A program made the translations under genes and the position numbers. Source: an uncultured Chloroflexia bacterium (GTDB lineage Bacteria; Chloroflexota; Limnocylindria; Limnocylindrales; CSP1-4). Taken from it: a DNA stretch of 64,000 nt. The notes beneath the pieces were generated by a model. It searched no databases, had not been told where the DNA came from, and saw only the letters and a list, made by a program, of their open reading frames with translations. Shown here in pieces: positions 1 through 8,851 of this stretch (the first letter of the stretch is position 1; each line of letters begins with the position of its first letter). The stretch lies in the NCBI GenBank assembly GCA_963806265.1, contig CAWDXT010000030.1, forward strand, positions 21,407 to 85,406, given 5' to 3'.

Positions 1-243
1 GGCGCCGTGGCTGTCGGGTACGACGCCGATCTCGTCGTCTACGACCCGAACCGCCGGCACATCCTGAGCGCGAAGACGCACCACATGGACGTCGACTACA
101 GCTGCTACGAGGGCCGCGAGGTCCAGGGCGGCTCCGACGTCGTGATGTCCCGCGGCAAGGTCGTCGTCGAGAACGGCGAATGGAAGGGCCACGCGGGCGA
201 CGGCAAGTTCGTCAAGCGCGAGCGGAGCGCGTTCCTGCGCTAG
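1..243 (+). CDS. hydA: Dihydropyrimidinase / D-hydantoinase, C-terminal fragment (runs off left edge)
   Basis: AVGYDADLVVYDP...HHMDVDYSCYEG...VMSRGKVVVENGEWKGHAGDGKFVKR is the typical dihydropyrimidinase C-terminus; preA is adjacent. Confidence 0.85.
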   Translation, partial: GAVAVGYDADLVVYDPNRRHILSAKTHHMDVDYSCYEGREVQGGSDVVMSRGKVVVENGEWKGHAGDGKFVKRERSAFLR

Positions 244-255
244 CAGGGCCGGCAA

Positions 256-291
256 CGGGCGACCCCGGAGCGATCGCTCCGGGGTCGCCCG
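256..291. terminator. Perfect 36-bp palindrome between convergent genes; probable bidirectional terminator
   Basis: cgggcgaccccggagcga|tcgctccggggtcgcccg is exactly self-complementary; it lies between the hydA and preA stops; no long U-tract. Confidence 0.65.
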
Positions 292-304
292 CGTTTCCGG
301 GGGC

Positions 305-1438
305 TCAGGCCTTGCTCAGGTCCCGGGCGTAGCCCTCGGACGTCCTCCTCCGCGTGCCCACCGTGGTAGTCGGCTGATTCGGGTCGACGGATCGCGGACT
401 GGGCAACCACCCGTCCGCGTCCGATGCCACGGAAATCCTCGAGGCGGGTCCATCCGCGCTCTGCGTTGTGGTCGAGGAACCGCGCCAGGCCGTCGGTCAG
501 GGCCGCGGATCACGTTGGGTCCGATCGCGTGATCGAGCATCGCCGCGGTGGCGACCTGGACCGTGCCGCAGCCGAGCATGAAGTAGCTCAGCGCGTGCTC
601 GAACGTGGAGATGCCGCCGATCCCGGAGAACTCGCGGTCCGGGAACGCCGCGGTCATCTCGGCCATCTTGGCCAGCGACAGGGGCAGGATCGCGGGTCCT
701 CCGAGGCCACCCGACGAGACGAGCCCGTCGACGTTGACCTCGGGCTCGAGGGTGTCGGGGTCGAACAGCGGCAGCGACGGGAACGTGTTGGACGAGGTGA
801 TCGCGTCGGCGCCGCCCCTGAACGTGGCCGCGGCCTCCTCGACGATGCTCGCCGTCGCCGGAGTCAGCTTGACCCAGACCGGCACCGTCGCCACGGCCTT
901 GACCGCCTGGGTCGAGACCGGAGCACAGCACGGGGTCCTTGCCGACGTTCGAGCCCATGTCGATGCGATCCATGTGCGGGCACGAGAAGTTGAGCTCGAT
1001 CGCGTCGGCCCCGGCATCCTGGACGCCCTCGACCAGCGTCTGCCAGTTGTCGAGCTCCTTGTCGTTTCCCGAGCCGGCCATGATCGAGGCGACCAGGACC
1101 CTGTCCGGCCAGGCCGCCTTGATCGTGCGGATCCGGGGCAGCCACCAGTCCATCGGCTTGTCGGAGATCAGCTCCCAGTTCCAGGACGCCATCAGCGTCG
1201 AGCCCGATCGCTTGTGCATCGAGAGGCGGGTGCCGCCGTCGTCGACGCGCAGGAACTTGGTCCGCGGTCCGGCGACGTTGGTGACCGGGTGGAGCCCGAT
1301 CGTCTTGGTCACGACCCCGCCCCAGCCGGCCTCGAACGCCCGCATGATGTTGGACTCGGATTCGGTCGGTGGCGCGGACGCGAGCAGGAACGGGTTCTCG
1401 AGATGAATGCCCGTGAACTCGGTGGACAGGTCGGCCAC
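305..1438 (-). CDS. preA: Dihydropyrimidine dehydrogenase PreA-like FMN subunit without the C-terminal ferredoxin domain; indels near 935, 500 and probably 340
   Basis: ENPFLLASAPPT, GWGGVVTKT, WNWELISD, catalytic ELNFSCPH, VWVKLTP, GLGGPAILP and SGIGGI...GCGTVQV are spread over ORFs 497..1567 and 316..1017; GTG start at 1438. Confidence 0.8.
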
Positions 1439-1695
1439 AGCGATCCTCCGTTGGGGCGGCGGTCGTCGACATGAGGCAGTGCGGACGCGACGGCGGCCAC
1501 GGCTGGGCCGGTATGAAGACCTCAGGGTCTCGTCGCCCGGACCGGGCGGTGTAGGGCCGGTGGTCACAGTCCCAACCGGGCCTTCCGGCGGGCAGCGGCG
1601 GCGAGTGAGGGCCCCGGCAGCTGGATCCGGCTCGCCTGTCCCCGGGCCGGCGAGCGATCGCCATCTGCCGCGTCGCGAACCGCTATCGTGAGGCC

Positions 1696-2925
1696 ATGAG
1701 CGTCACGTATCGCGTGCCCGGGGCGGTCCTGACCGAGCGCGAGCACCGGGTACCCCTCGACCATGCTCGATCCGACGGACCCTGGATCACCGTGTTCACC
1801 CGCGAGGTCGCCGATCCAGATGGTCTCGATCGGCCGTACCTGGTGTTCCTCCAGGGCGGCCCGGGCCATGAGGCCAGCCGCCCCACGAGCCCGCCCTCGG
1901 GATGGATGGCGCGCGCGCTCCGCGACTACCGCGTCCTGCTGCTCGACCAGCGGGGCACCGGCCGCTCGACCCCGATCGGACCGCTCATCCCCGGGGACAC
2001 GGCCGCGGCGCAGGCCGAGTACCTCACCCATTTCCGCGCCGATTCGATCGTGCGCGACGCAGAGGCGATCCGCCGCGAGCTGGACGTCGATCGCTGGAGC
2101 GTGCTCGGCCAGAGCTTCGGCGGCTTCACCTCGCTCACCTATCTGTCCTTCGCGCCCGAGGGTCTGCGCGAGGCGTTCATCACCGGCGGGCTGTCGCCCA
2201 TCGGTCGCTCGGCCGATGACGTCTATGGCGCGACCTACCGGCGTCTGATCGAGGCCAACCGCCGTTACTTCGACCGCTACCCGACCGATCGCGAGCGGGC
2301 GACGGAGATCTGCCGGCGACTCGACGACGAGGACGTGCGGCTGCCGTCGGGCGATCGCCTCACCGGCCGCCGGTTCCGCCAGCTGGGCATGTGGCTGGGC
2401 GCAAGCAACGGGTTCGAGCTGCTGCACCACGTGATCGAGCTGCCGTTCGGATCCAGCGCCTTTGTGCACGATGCCGAAGGCGGCCTGGGCTTTGCGCGCA
2501 ACCCGCTGTACGCGACGCTGCACGAGTCCTCGTATGCGGACGGTGTCGCGACCCGCTGGTCTGCCCAGCGCCTGCTGCCGGCCGAGGTGGCCGAGGACGG
2601 CCTGTTCACGGCCGAGCACGTGTTCCAGTGGATGTGGGAGGACTACGGGTTGCTGCGCCCGCATCGCGAGGCGGCCGACCTGATCGCCGACCACCAGTGG
2701 CCGCGGCTGTACGACGCGGATCAGCTGGCTCGCAACGAGGTTCCCGTCGCGGCCACGATCTACGTGGACGACCTGTACGTCGAGCGCACCTTTGCCGAGG
2801 AGACCGCGGCGGCCGTGCGCGGCCTCCGCCCGTGGATCACCAACGAGTACCAGCACAACGCGCTGCGTGCCGACGGCGAGCGGGTGCTGGGGCGGCTGAT
2901 CGACCTCGCTCGCGGACGCGCCTGA
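1696..2925 (+). CDS. Proline iminopeptidase-like alpha/beta hydrolase
   Basis: FLQGGPG, LLDQRGTGRS, nucleophile GQSFGG, DDLYV, NEYQHNAL; intact 409-aa ORF. Confidence 0.85.
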   Translation: MSVTYRVPGAVLTEREHRVPLDHARSDGPWITVFTREVADPDGLDRPYLVFLQGGPGHEASRPTSPPSGWMARALRDYRVLLLDQRGTGRSTPIGPLIPGDTAAAQAEYLTHFRADSIVRDAEAIRRELDVDRWSVLGQSFGGFTSLTYLSFAPEGLREAFITGGLSPIGRSADDVYGATYRRLIEANRRYFDRYPTDRERATEICRRLDDEDVRLPSGDRLTGRRFRQLGMWLGASNGFELLHHVIELPFGSSAFVHDAEGGLGFARNPLYATLHESSYADGVATRWSAQRLLPAEVAEDGLFTAEHVFQWMWEDYGLLRPHREAADLIADHQWPRLYDADQLARNEVPVAATIYVDDLYVERTFAEETAAAVRGLRPWITNEYQHNALRADGERVLGRLIDLARGRA

Positions 2926-2976
2926 TCGACCCCGTGGCCTCCGGAAGGCCCTGATCCGGCCCGGGCGTCCAGGGGC

Positions 2977-3411
2977 TCAGTCGTCGGACGAGTCGTTGCC
3001 CCGGGTCGCGAGCAGCCGCGACACCAGCCGGCCCGCGCCGTAGCCGATCGCGATCGGCGCGTAGAACCAGACGGTGGCGATCACGCCCGAGATCGGATCG
3101 ACGGGGACCGGATCGCCGATGCCGAACGAGAGCACCAGGATCGCCGACATCCCGATCAGGGCCCCCACGAAGGTGATCATCAGGCCCGTCCAACCGCGCG
3201 ACGCGATGCCCGCGATCACCCCCGCGGCGAGCAGCAGCACGGGCGAGATGACGATCGCGTTGAGGGCGCACGAGGGATCGAAGCCCTGGCCGACGCAGCC
3301 CAGCATCGAGCCGCCGAACAGCGCAAGCGGACAGGCGACCGCGGTCACAACCAGGGCGAGCGCGTCGCGAAGGAGGCTGAAGCGCGGCTCGGGGGAGGCG
3401 GTGTCAGTCAC
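2977..3411 (-). CDS. Hypothetical membrane protein (about 4 TM); last gene of the cytochrome operon
   Basis: 144-aa hydrophobic ORF; its GTG start overlaps a TGA at 3408-3411 (translational coupling). Confidence 0.6.
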   Translation of the reverse strand: MTDTASPEPRFSLLRDALALVVTAVACPLALFGGSMLGCVGQGFDPSCALNAIVISPVLLLAAGVIAGIASRGWTGLMITFVGALIGMSAILVLSFGIGDPVPVDPISGVIATVWFYAPIAIGYGAGRLVSRLLATRGNDSSDD

Positions 3412-4161
3412 GAGCCCATGATTCCCGGACCGTCGTCGGCCGTCGGTAGGGCCAAAGGTCCCGACGGGTCAGCCGGAGCCTGCCGAGGCGGACGTACCCT
3501 GGCTCGGCGACGGGATCGCGACCGCACCTGCCACCGGGCTCGCGACCGGGCTGGGATCGGCGCTCGGGCTCTCGAACAGGTACGTGAACTCGGGTCCGTT
3601 GTGGCAGATCCAGCAGTTGTCACCGCGGCCCTTCATCGAGTCGGGCAGCGGCGCGTGCTCGTCGACGCCGTGGCACGTCGTGCACGGCTGGGCGTTGCCC
3701 ATGTGCTCAGGTCGCAGGGGCGCGTGGGTGGTCGCCGAGTCGGCGGATGGCACCTTGTGACAGACGAGGCAGTCGTCCTTGTGCAGGCCCGAGTGACCGG
3801 GCGCCGTTGCCACCAGGCTGCCGGTCGAATGGCAGGCGGTGCAGTCGCGCCAGCCCCACAGCGGATGGGCCATCTCAGGGATGTCCTTGGTGCCCACCGT
3901 GCCGTTCGTGGTGACGTGACACGCTGCGCAATCGGCGTTGGCCGACATCTGGATCCCGATCGGGGAGTCTGCCATCGGCGACAGCGAGGTGGCAGACGGT
4001 TCGACCGACGGCGTCGGCGTCGGCGCCGACCGCACGCTGCTCGATCGGGAGACGTCCGGCAGCGCGACCGTCAGCAGGAACACGGCCAGCGCGACGATGG
4101 CGATCAGCATGGCGGCGATCGCAGCTCGATACCCGTAGCGCGAGACCCCGGTGCGGATCAT
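3408..4161 (-). CDS. Membrane-anchored pentaheme cytochrome c; probable C-terminal indel (ORF as given stops at 3469)
   Basis: N-terminal TM/signal, Pro/Ser/Thr linker, five CxxCH (CAACH, CTACH, CLVCH, CTTCH, CWICH); an alternate frame ends at the GTGA overlap at 3408. Confidence 0.85.
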
Positions 4162-5633
4162 GACCGCACCTCCGTCTCGCCGCTCGCCAGGGTCTCGGGC
4201 CCGGGTTCCGCTGTCGGCGACGCATCGGCGACGACCGGGTCAGGATCCACGTCCGGCGTCTCCACGGCGACCACCGGCCCGGCGACGGTGAGCTGCCCAG
4301 GCTCCATCGCCGGTGCGGCGACCTGGGCCATCGGCAGCGCAACGGCCACGAGCGCAGCCTCCGCGTGGGGCTCGGCGTGCTTGAGCCATGGCCAGGGCCA
4401 GTTGATGTGCTCGTCGTCCTCGCCCATGTCGAGGTACCGCTCGGCGAGCGTGTACACCAGGGCGAACAGCGCCACGGCACCCGCCATGATGGCGATCTCG
4501 ACGGGCGACGGGACATAGCTCACGAACGGGCTCGCGACCATGCCTGCGTGCGCCGTGATGGGGGCGATCTGGCCGGCCGTCACGAACAGGAAGCGGTCCA
4601 CGAACACGCCACCCAGGGCGAGCACGCCGGCAGCGAACAGGCCCGCCGGGGTCCGGGTCGTGGGCAGCAGCACGAGCACCAGCGGGATCGCCAGGCCGAC
4701 GATCACTCGCAGCACCCAGAACGGCACCGCCAGCGGCCCGGTGACCAGGGCGGCCGTGGCCTCGCGGAGACCGGCGGTGTCGTCGGTCAGGCCCACGAAC
4801 AGCTGCCGTGCCAGCAGCAGCGACACGATCATCAGCGCGATCGCGAGCAGCAGCCGGATCGACGGGATCGCCACCCCCAGCGCTCGCTCGTGGTCCTGGA
4901 GGCGGAACCGCGCCACGAGATAGAACACGATGCCCAGCAGCGCGGTGCCGGCCAGGTACGCGGCCGCGACCATCATCAGGACCGTGAACGGCCCGTTCCA
5001 GAAGGCCTTGGCCGCCAGCACCCCGAACACGGCTCCCAGCGTCGACGGCGCGAGAACCGCGGTGCAGGTCGCGGTCGTGCATGCGTACTGGTGGATCTTC
5101 GGGTGGTGGAAGAACATGCTCCAGACCTCGACCAGGAGCACGACCAGGTAGATCCCGTAGAACACGCCCATCCACCACATCGGCGAGCTGGGCGACGGCA
5201 CCAGCACGGCGCCGAACACCATCCGCACGGGGTAGTGGAGGTCGAGCGCGATGATCCCGAACGCGGTCGTGAGGCTGAGCACGGCCAGGATGGCGTGGCG
5301 CTTCTCGAGCGGGCGGAACCGCTCGATGCCGAACACCGTGCCCAGCGACGACGCGAGGCACAGGCCGCTCGTCATCACCGCGAAGAACACGTAGCCGACG
5401 ATCAGCAGGCCCCACTCGAAGCTGGGGCTGGTGCCGAGCACCTCCCAGCCGGGCGGGATGGCGATCAGCGCCGCCACCGCGCCGACGGCGATCACCGCGG
5501 ACAGGCCCGCCAGCCACAGCCGAAGGCCGAGCGACATCCCGCGCACCTCGCGCGCCAGCGCGCGGCTGGCGGCCCGGGGCCCGATGGGGACGACGCGTCC
5601 GTGGAGCGTGAGGGTGAGCTCGGTCGCCTGCAT
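4158..5633 (-). CDS. NrfD/PsrC/DsrP-family quinol-interacting membrane subunit
   Basis: WGLLIVGYVFFA...LDLHYPVRM...SPSSPMWW...GGVFVDRFLFVTAGQ and YVPSPVEIAI; about 10 TM; ATG at 5633 just after the Fe-S gene stop. Confidence 0.85.
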   Translation of the reverse strand: MQATELTLTLHGRVVPIGPRAASRALAREVRGMSLGLRLWLAGLSAVIAVGAVAALIAIPPGWEVLGTSPSFEWGLLIVGYVFFAVMTSGLCLASSLGTVFGIERFRPLEKRHAILAVLSLTTAFGIIALDLHYPVRMVFGAVLVPSPSSPMWWMGVFYGIYLVVLLVEVWSMFFHHPKIHQYACTTATCTAVLAPSTLGAVFGVLAAKAFWNGPFTVLMMVAAAYLAGTALLGIVFYLVARFRLQDHERALGVAIPSIRLLLAIALMIVSLLLARQLFVGLTDDTAGLREATAALVTGPLAVPFWVLRVIVGLAIPLVLVLLPTTRTPAGLFAAGVLALGGVFVDRFLFVTAGQIAPITAHAGMVASPFVSYVPSPVEIAIMAGAVALFALVYTLAERYLDMGEDDEHINWPWPWLKHAEPHAEAALVAVALPMAQVAAPAMEPGQLTVAGPVVAVETPDVDPDPVVADASPTAEPGPETLASGETEVRS

Positions 5634-5635
5634 CC

Positions 5636-6717
5636 TCAGGCCTCCTGGATCGCCGGACCGAGATACAGCACCCGTGGCCGGGTTCCGTACTCGGGGTGGA
5701 GCGGTTGCGGACCCTGCTGGGCGACGAGCGCCGCGATGTCCGCGTCGGTGTTCGCGTCCCCGAACTGCCGGGCGCCGACCGGGCAGACCTCGACGCAGGC
5801 CGGCTTCTGACCCTTGCTGATCCGGTGGTAGCACCACGTGCACTTGTCGGCGATGCCGGGCATGTCGTTCGGGTTGTCGCCTCCGGCCGGGGTCAGGTAG
5901 CGCGCGCCGTATGGGCAGGCGACGACGCAGTAGCCACAGCCGATGCAGCGGCGAGGATCGACCAGGATCACCCCGTCCTCGGACTTGTAGGTCGCACCGA
6001 CCGGGCACACCGCGGTGCACGGCGAGTCCTCGCACTGCATGCACAGGCGTGGGACGAAGAACGAGGCCTCGACGGCCTTGCCGGCCGCGCCCGGGGCGGT
6101 GGACTGGGCGGGGAAGCCGTTCATGCCCGCCTCGGGCGAGTCGACGTACAGCGCACCGTCCTCGGTCATCACGTGGCGCTCGACCCAGGTCCGCGTGTAC
6201 TCGGCCTCCTCGGCCACGTGGTTCTCCTCCTTGCACGCGACGACGCACAGCCCGCAGCCGATGCATGACGGCCGTGTCCACGACGAACGTCCAGGCCTTG
6301 CCGGCCGGGTCATAGGTCGGGACGATCGGGCTGGCCGCGTCGGACGAGTCATCGAACACGGGCACCAGGCGCGAGAGTCCGGCCGCGCCGACCATGCCCC
6401 CGGCCAGGACGAGCCCGAAGCCAAGGAACGCGCGCCGGCTCAGCGACGCTTCGGTGATGGCCGGTGCGATCTCCTCGAGCGGCACCAGGGCCGCCGGGTC
6501 TGGCGCGGTCTCGGGACGGGGCGGCGCTGCGCCGATCGAGCCGGTCGCGGGCAGGGCAGCAGGGCTGATCACGGACGCGGCTGCGGTCGTTGCCGGCCGG
6601 TGCCGTCTCCGCCGGTGCGGTGTCTGCCGGTGCCGTCGCCGGCGTCGGGGTCGGTTCGACGTCAGGCGTCGGGGTCGGTTCGACGTGAGGCGTCGGGGTC
6701 GGCGTCGCGTCGCTCAT
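5636..6717 (-). CDS. NrfC/DmsB/DsrO-like 4x[4Fe-4S] protein with Tat signal; indels near 6575 and 6268
   Basis: SRRAFLGFG twin-arginine motif; CIGCGLCVVAC, CMQCEDSPCTAVCP, CIGCGYCVVACP, KCTWC...PACVEVCP; ATG at 6717 overlaps the upstream TGA and is followed by a Pro/Thr-rich N-terminus. Confidence 0.85.
6641..6703. repeat. 24-bp tandem repeat (about 2.5 copies) encoding a PTPTP(H/D)VE low-complexity N-terminus
   Basis: ggcgtcggggtcggttcgacgt(c/g)a repeated. Confidence 0.7.
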
Positions 6718-7398
6718 CGCGTTCCCTCGTCGGTGGCGGGTCCGCGGCCGGCCGCGTGGCAGTCGAGGCAGGCCTCGTCGCTCTCGACGACCGGGTGGCG
6801 CTGGTTGCGCGCCTTGAAGCCGTCGGGGCCATGGCAGGTGAGACATGGCGGCAGGTCGTCGAGCGGGTGGAGGACGACCGGCGGCCGGTTTGCGACCGCC
6901 GTGTGCGGGTCATGGCACGCGAGGCACTCGGATACGTAGTGCTGGATCGAGACGATCTGGGCCTGGCTATCCGGTCGCCCCTCGGTGAACACATGGCACC
7001 GGACGCAGACCTCGTCGGTCGGCACCGCCACCGCCACCGTGCTCGTGTCGGCGCGCTCGCCGGCATCGACATGGGCCTGCAGCGGGCCGTGGCAGCTCTG
7101 GCAGCCGATGTCGGCATGACTGCCGGACGGCGAGCCTGGTCGACTCGGGCTCGTGGCATCGGGCACACGTGGACGAGCTGGCGAAGGTCACGTCGAGCGC
7201 GGCCCACGACCGGGCGTCGACGTCGCGATGCAGGCTGAAGTCGAGGTACGGGTTCCATGCCATGACCGCGCCGGCGAACAGAGCCACCGACAGCAGCAAC
7301 GACCCACCGACGAGCGCGGCGACCGCAAGCATCCGCTCTCGGCGCGTGCGCGGTCGAACGCTGGCCCACAGCGCGCGCAGGCGATCCGTCGCGCTCAC
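6714..7398 (-). CDS. Membrane-anchored hexaheme cytochrome c; indel near 7127
   Basis: N-terminal TM, then CARCH, CQSCH, CVRCH, CLACH, CLTCH, CLDCH; GTG start overlaps the regulator TGA at 7395-7398. Confidence 0.85.
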
Positions 7399-8120
7399 AG
7401 CGTGGACGGGTTGAGGATCCCGCGGCGAACGGAGTAGCGCAGCAGCTCCACGCGGTCGTGGAGCCCCAGCTTCTCCATCGCGCTCGCGCGATGGGAATGG
7501 ATGGTCTGCTCGGAGAGCTTGAGCGAGCGGGCGATGTCGCGATTGGTGTGACCCATCGCAGCAAGCAGCAGGACCTCGCGCTCGCGCGGGGTCAGCGTGT
7601 CGTACGGGTCCTCGAACGCGGCAGCCGGGTTCTGGCGCACGTAGGTGTCGATCATGCGGGTGACGATCCCGGGGCTGACATAGGTGTGGCCGGCGGCCAC
7701 GCCCCGGATCGCGGACAGCACGTCGGCCTCCGTCGCCTCGCGCGTCAGGTAGCCGTTCGCGCCCGCCTTGAGGGCGACCGAGAACTGCTCCGCGGCACAC
7801 CGGCAGTCGAGGGCGATGATCCGGGTCGCGGGACAGGTCTCCCGGAGCTGCTCGAGCATCTCGAAGCCCGGGCAGCTGCCGCCACCGAGCGGCTCGCATT
7901 CGGTGACGACGACGTCCGGCGCGATCGCGCGGATCTGCTCGATGAGCGGCTGCGCGGCGTCGATCTCACCGGCCAGGCTCAGGTCCGGCTCGCGGTCGAT
8001 CACGGCCCGAAACGCGCCCTGGAGCATGGGGAAGTCCACGAACGCCAGCAGGATCGAAAGCTGGTCGCTCGCCCCGGAGCCGTCGCCGTGGGCGCCGGTC
8101 GCGGGCGCTGTGGTGGTCAT
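7395..8120 (-). CDS. NarL/LuxR-family response regulator with atypical (pseudo-)receiver domain
   Basis: C-terminal LTPREREVL...GHTNRDIA...LSEQTIHSHR HTH; the receiver has VVVTE at the phospho-Asp site, LDCRC at the Thr site and YLTRE at the Lys site. Confidence 0.85.
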   Translation of the reverse strand: MTTTAPATGAHGDGSGASDQLSILLAFVDFPMLQGAFRAVIDREPDLSLAGEIDAAQPLIEQIRAIAPDVVVTECEPLGGGSCPGFEMLEQLRETCPATRIIALDCRCAAEQFSVALKAGANGYLTREATEADVLSAIRGVAAGHTYVSPGIVTRMIDTYVRQNPAAAFEDPYDTLTPREREVLLLAAMGHTNRDIARSLKLSEQTIHSHRASAMEKLGLHDRVELLRYSVRRGILNPSTL

Positions 8121-8464
8121 CTGGTGGTCAACGTGCCTGCGGGCCCGGTGTCGCCGGGTCCGTGGTGGCGGATGACCGCCGCCCAGCCGAACGGCATCAG
8201 GAGCATGAACGCGGTCACGCCCACGGCGCCCACGATCGTTGCCGCCGACCCGAACGTGAAGTAGAGAAGGTGGAGCAGCACGAAGGCTGCCGCCGAACCG
8301 ACCCACAGCGTGAGCGTGACGAGCAGCAGCCACGTGGCAACGCGCGCACCGCGCCCCCCCTTGGACCCATACCAGAACCATGCGACGATGCCGATCATTC
8401 CCTCGACGAGGATCACGATCGGCAGCAGCAGTGCCAGATCCTCGGTCAGCTGTGACAGCTGCAT
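8117..8464 (-). CDS. Small hypothetical membrane protein (about 3 TM); first gene of the cytochrome operon
   Basis: 115-aa hydrophobic ORF with GGAGG/GGGAG upstream of ATG 8464; stop overlaps the regulator ATG. Confidence 0.65.
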   Translation of the reverse strand: MQLSQLTEDLALLLPIVILVEGMIGIVAWFWYGSKGGRGARVATWLLLVTLTLWVGSAAAFVLLHLLYFTFGSAATIVGAVGVTAFMLLMPFGWAAVIRHHGPGDTGPAGTLTTR

Positions 8465-8609
8465 CTCCCAACCTCCCGGCGTTCGTCCCGCGTCGATTGA
8501 TCCCGCGTGGGAGGGGCGCTCGACTCGGTGTGGGGTGATCGTGGTCCTGATCGGGAGCTGCCGGCCAGACACGCTCGCCCCCAGGAGGTGACACCCGGGT
8601 CATGAACAC

Positions 8610-8627
8610 ATCCCACGCGCGTGGGAT
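8610..8627. promoter_or_regulatory. Perfect 18-bp palindrome, candidate operator upstream of the cytochrome operon
   Basis: atcccacgc|gcgtgggat; related shorter site atcccgcgtggga at 8500-8512. Confidence 0.45.
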
Positions 8628-8671
8628 CCGGGGGCAACGCGCGTTAGGTGGGACGGCGACGGCCGTCGGAT

Positions 8672-8743
8672 CGCGCGCCGCTGCACGCGGGTCTGACTGC
8701 CCGGTGACGCGCGCCGCTGTACGCGGGTCCGACTGCCCGGCAA
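8672..8743. repeat. 36-bp direct repeat x2 in the divergent intergenic region
   Basis: cgcgcgccgctgcacgcgggtctgactgcccggtga / cgcgcgccgctgtacgcgggtccgactgcccggcaa. Confidence 0.75.
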
Positions 8744-8826
8744 CGAGCTCCGCCGCGGGCGGCATCGTGGCGGCGGCTGCCGCCGACCACCTGGCGGGAC
8801 GCCCGCACGAGCGAAACTAGCCCCCT

Positions 8827-8849
8827 GGCAAGTTTCCGGTATATTTGCC
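8827..8849. promoter_or_regulatory. GGCAA-N13-TTGCC inverted repeat overlapping a -10 (TATATT) of marR; candidate autoregulatory operator
   Basis: ggcaagtttccggtatatttgcc; TATATT ends 6 nt before ATG 8852. Confidence 0.4.
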
Positions 8850-8851
8850 GC

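Noticed and set aside
4158-6572. 804-aa ORF suggesting a Tat-FeS-NrfD fusion
   Set aside because: The middle third is out-of-frame nonsense caused by the indel near 6268; the Fe-S gene has its own stop (5636) and NrfD its own ATG (5633)
8672-8743. 36-bp repeat as a mini CRISPR array
   Set aside because: Only two directly abutting copies, no spacer and no cas genes
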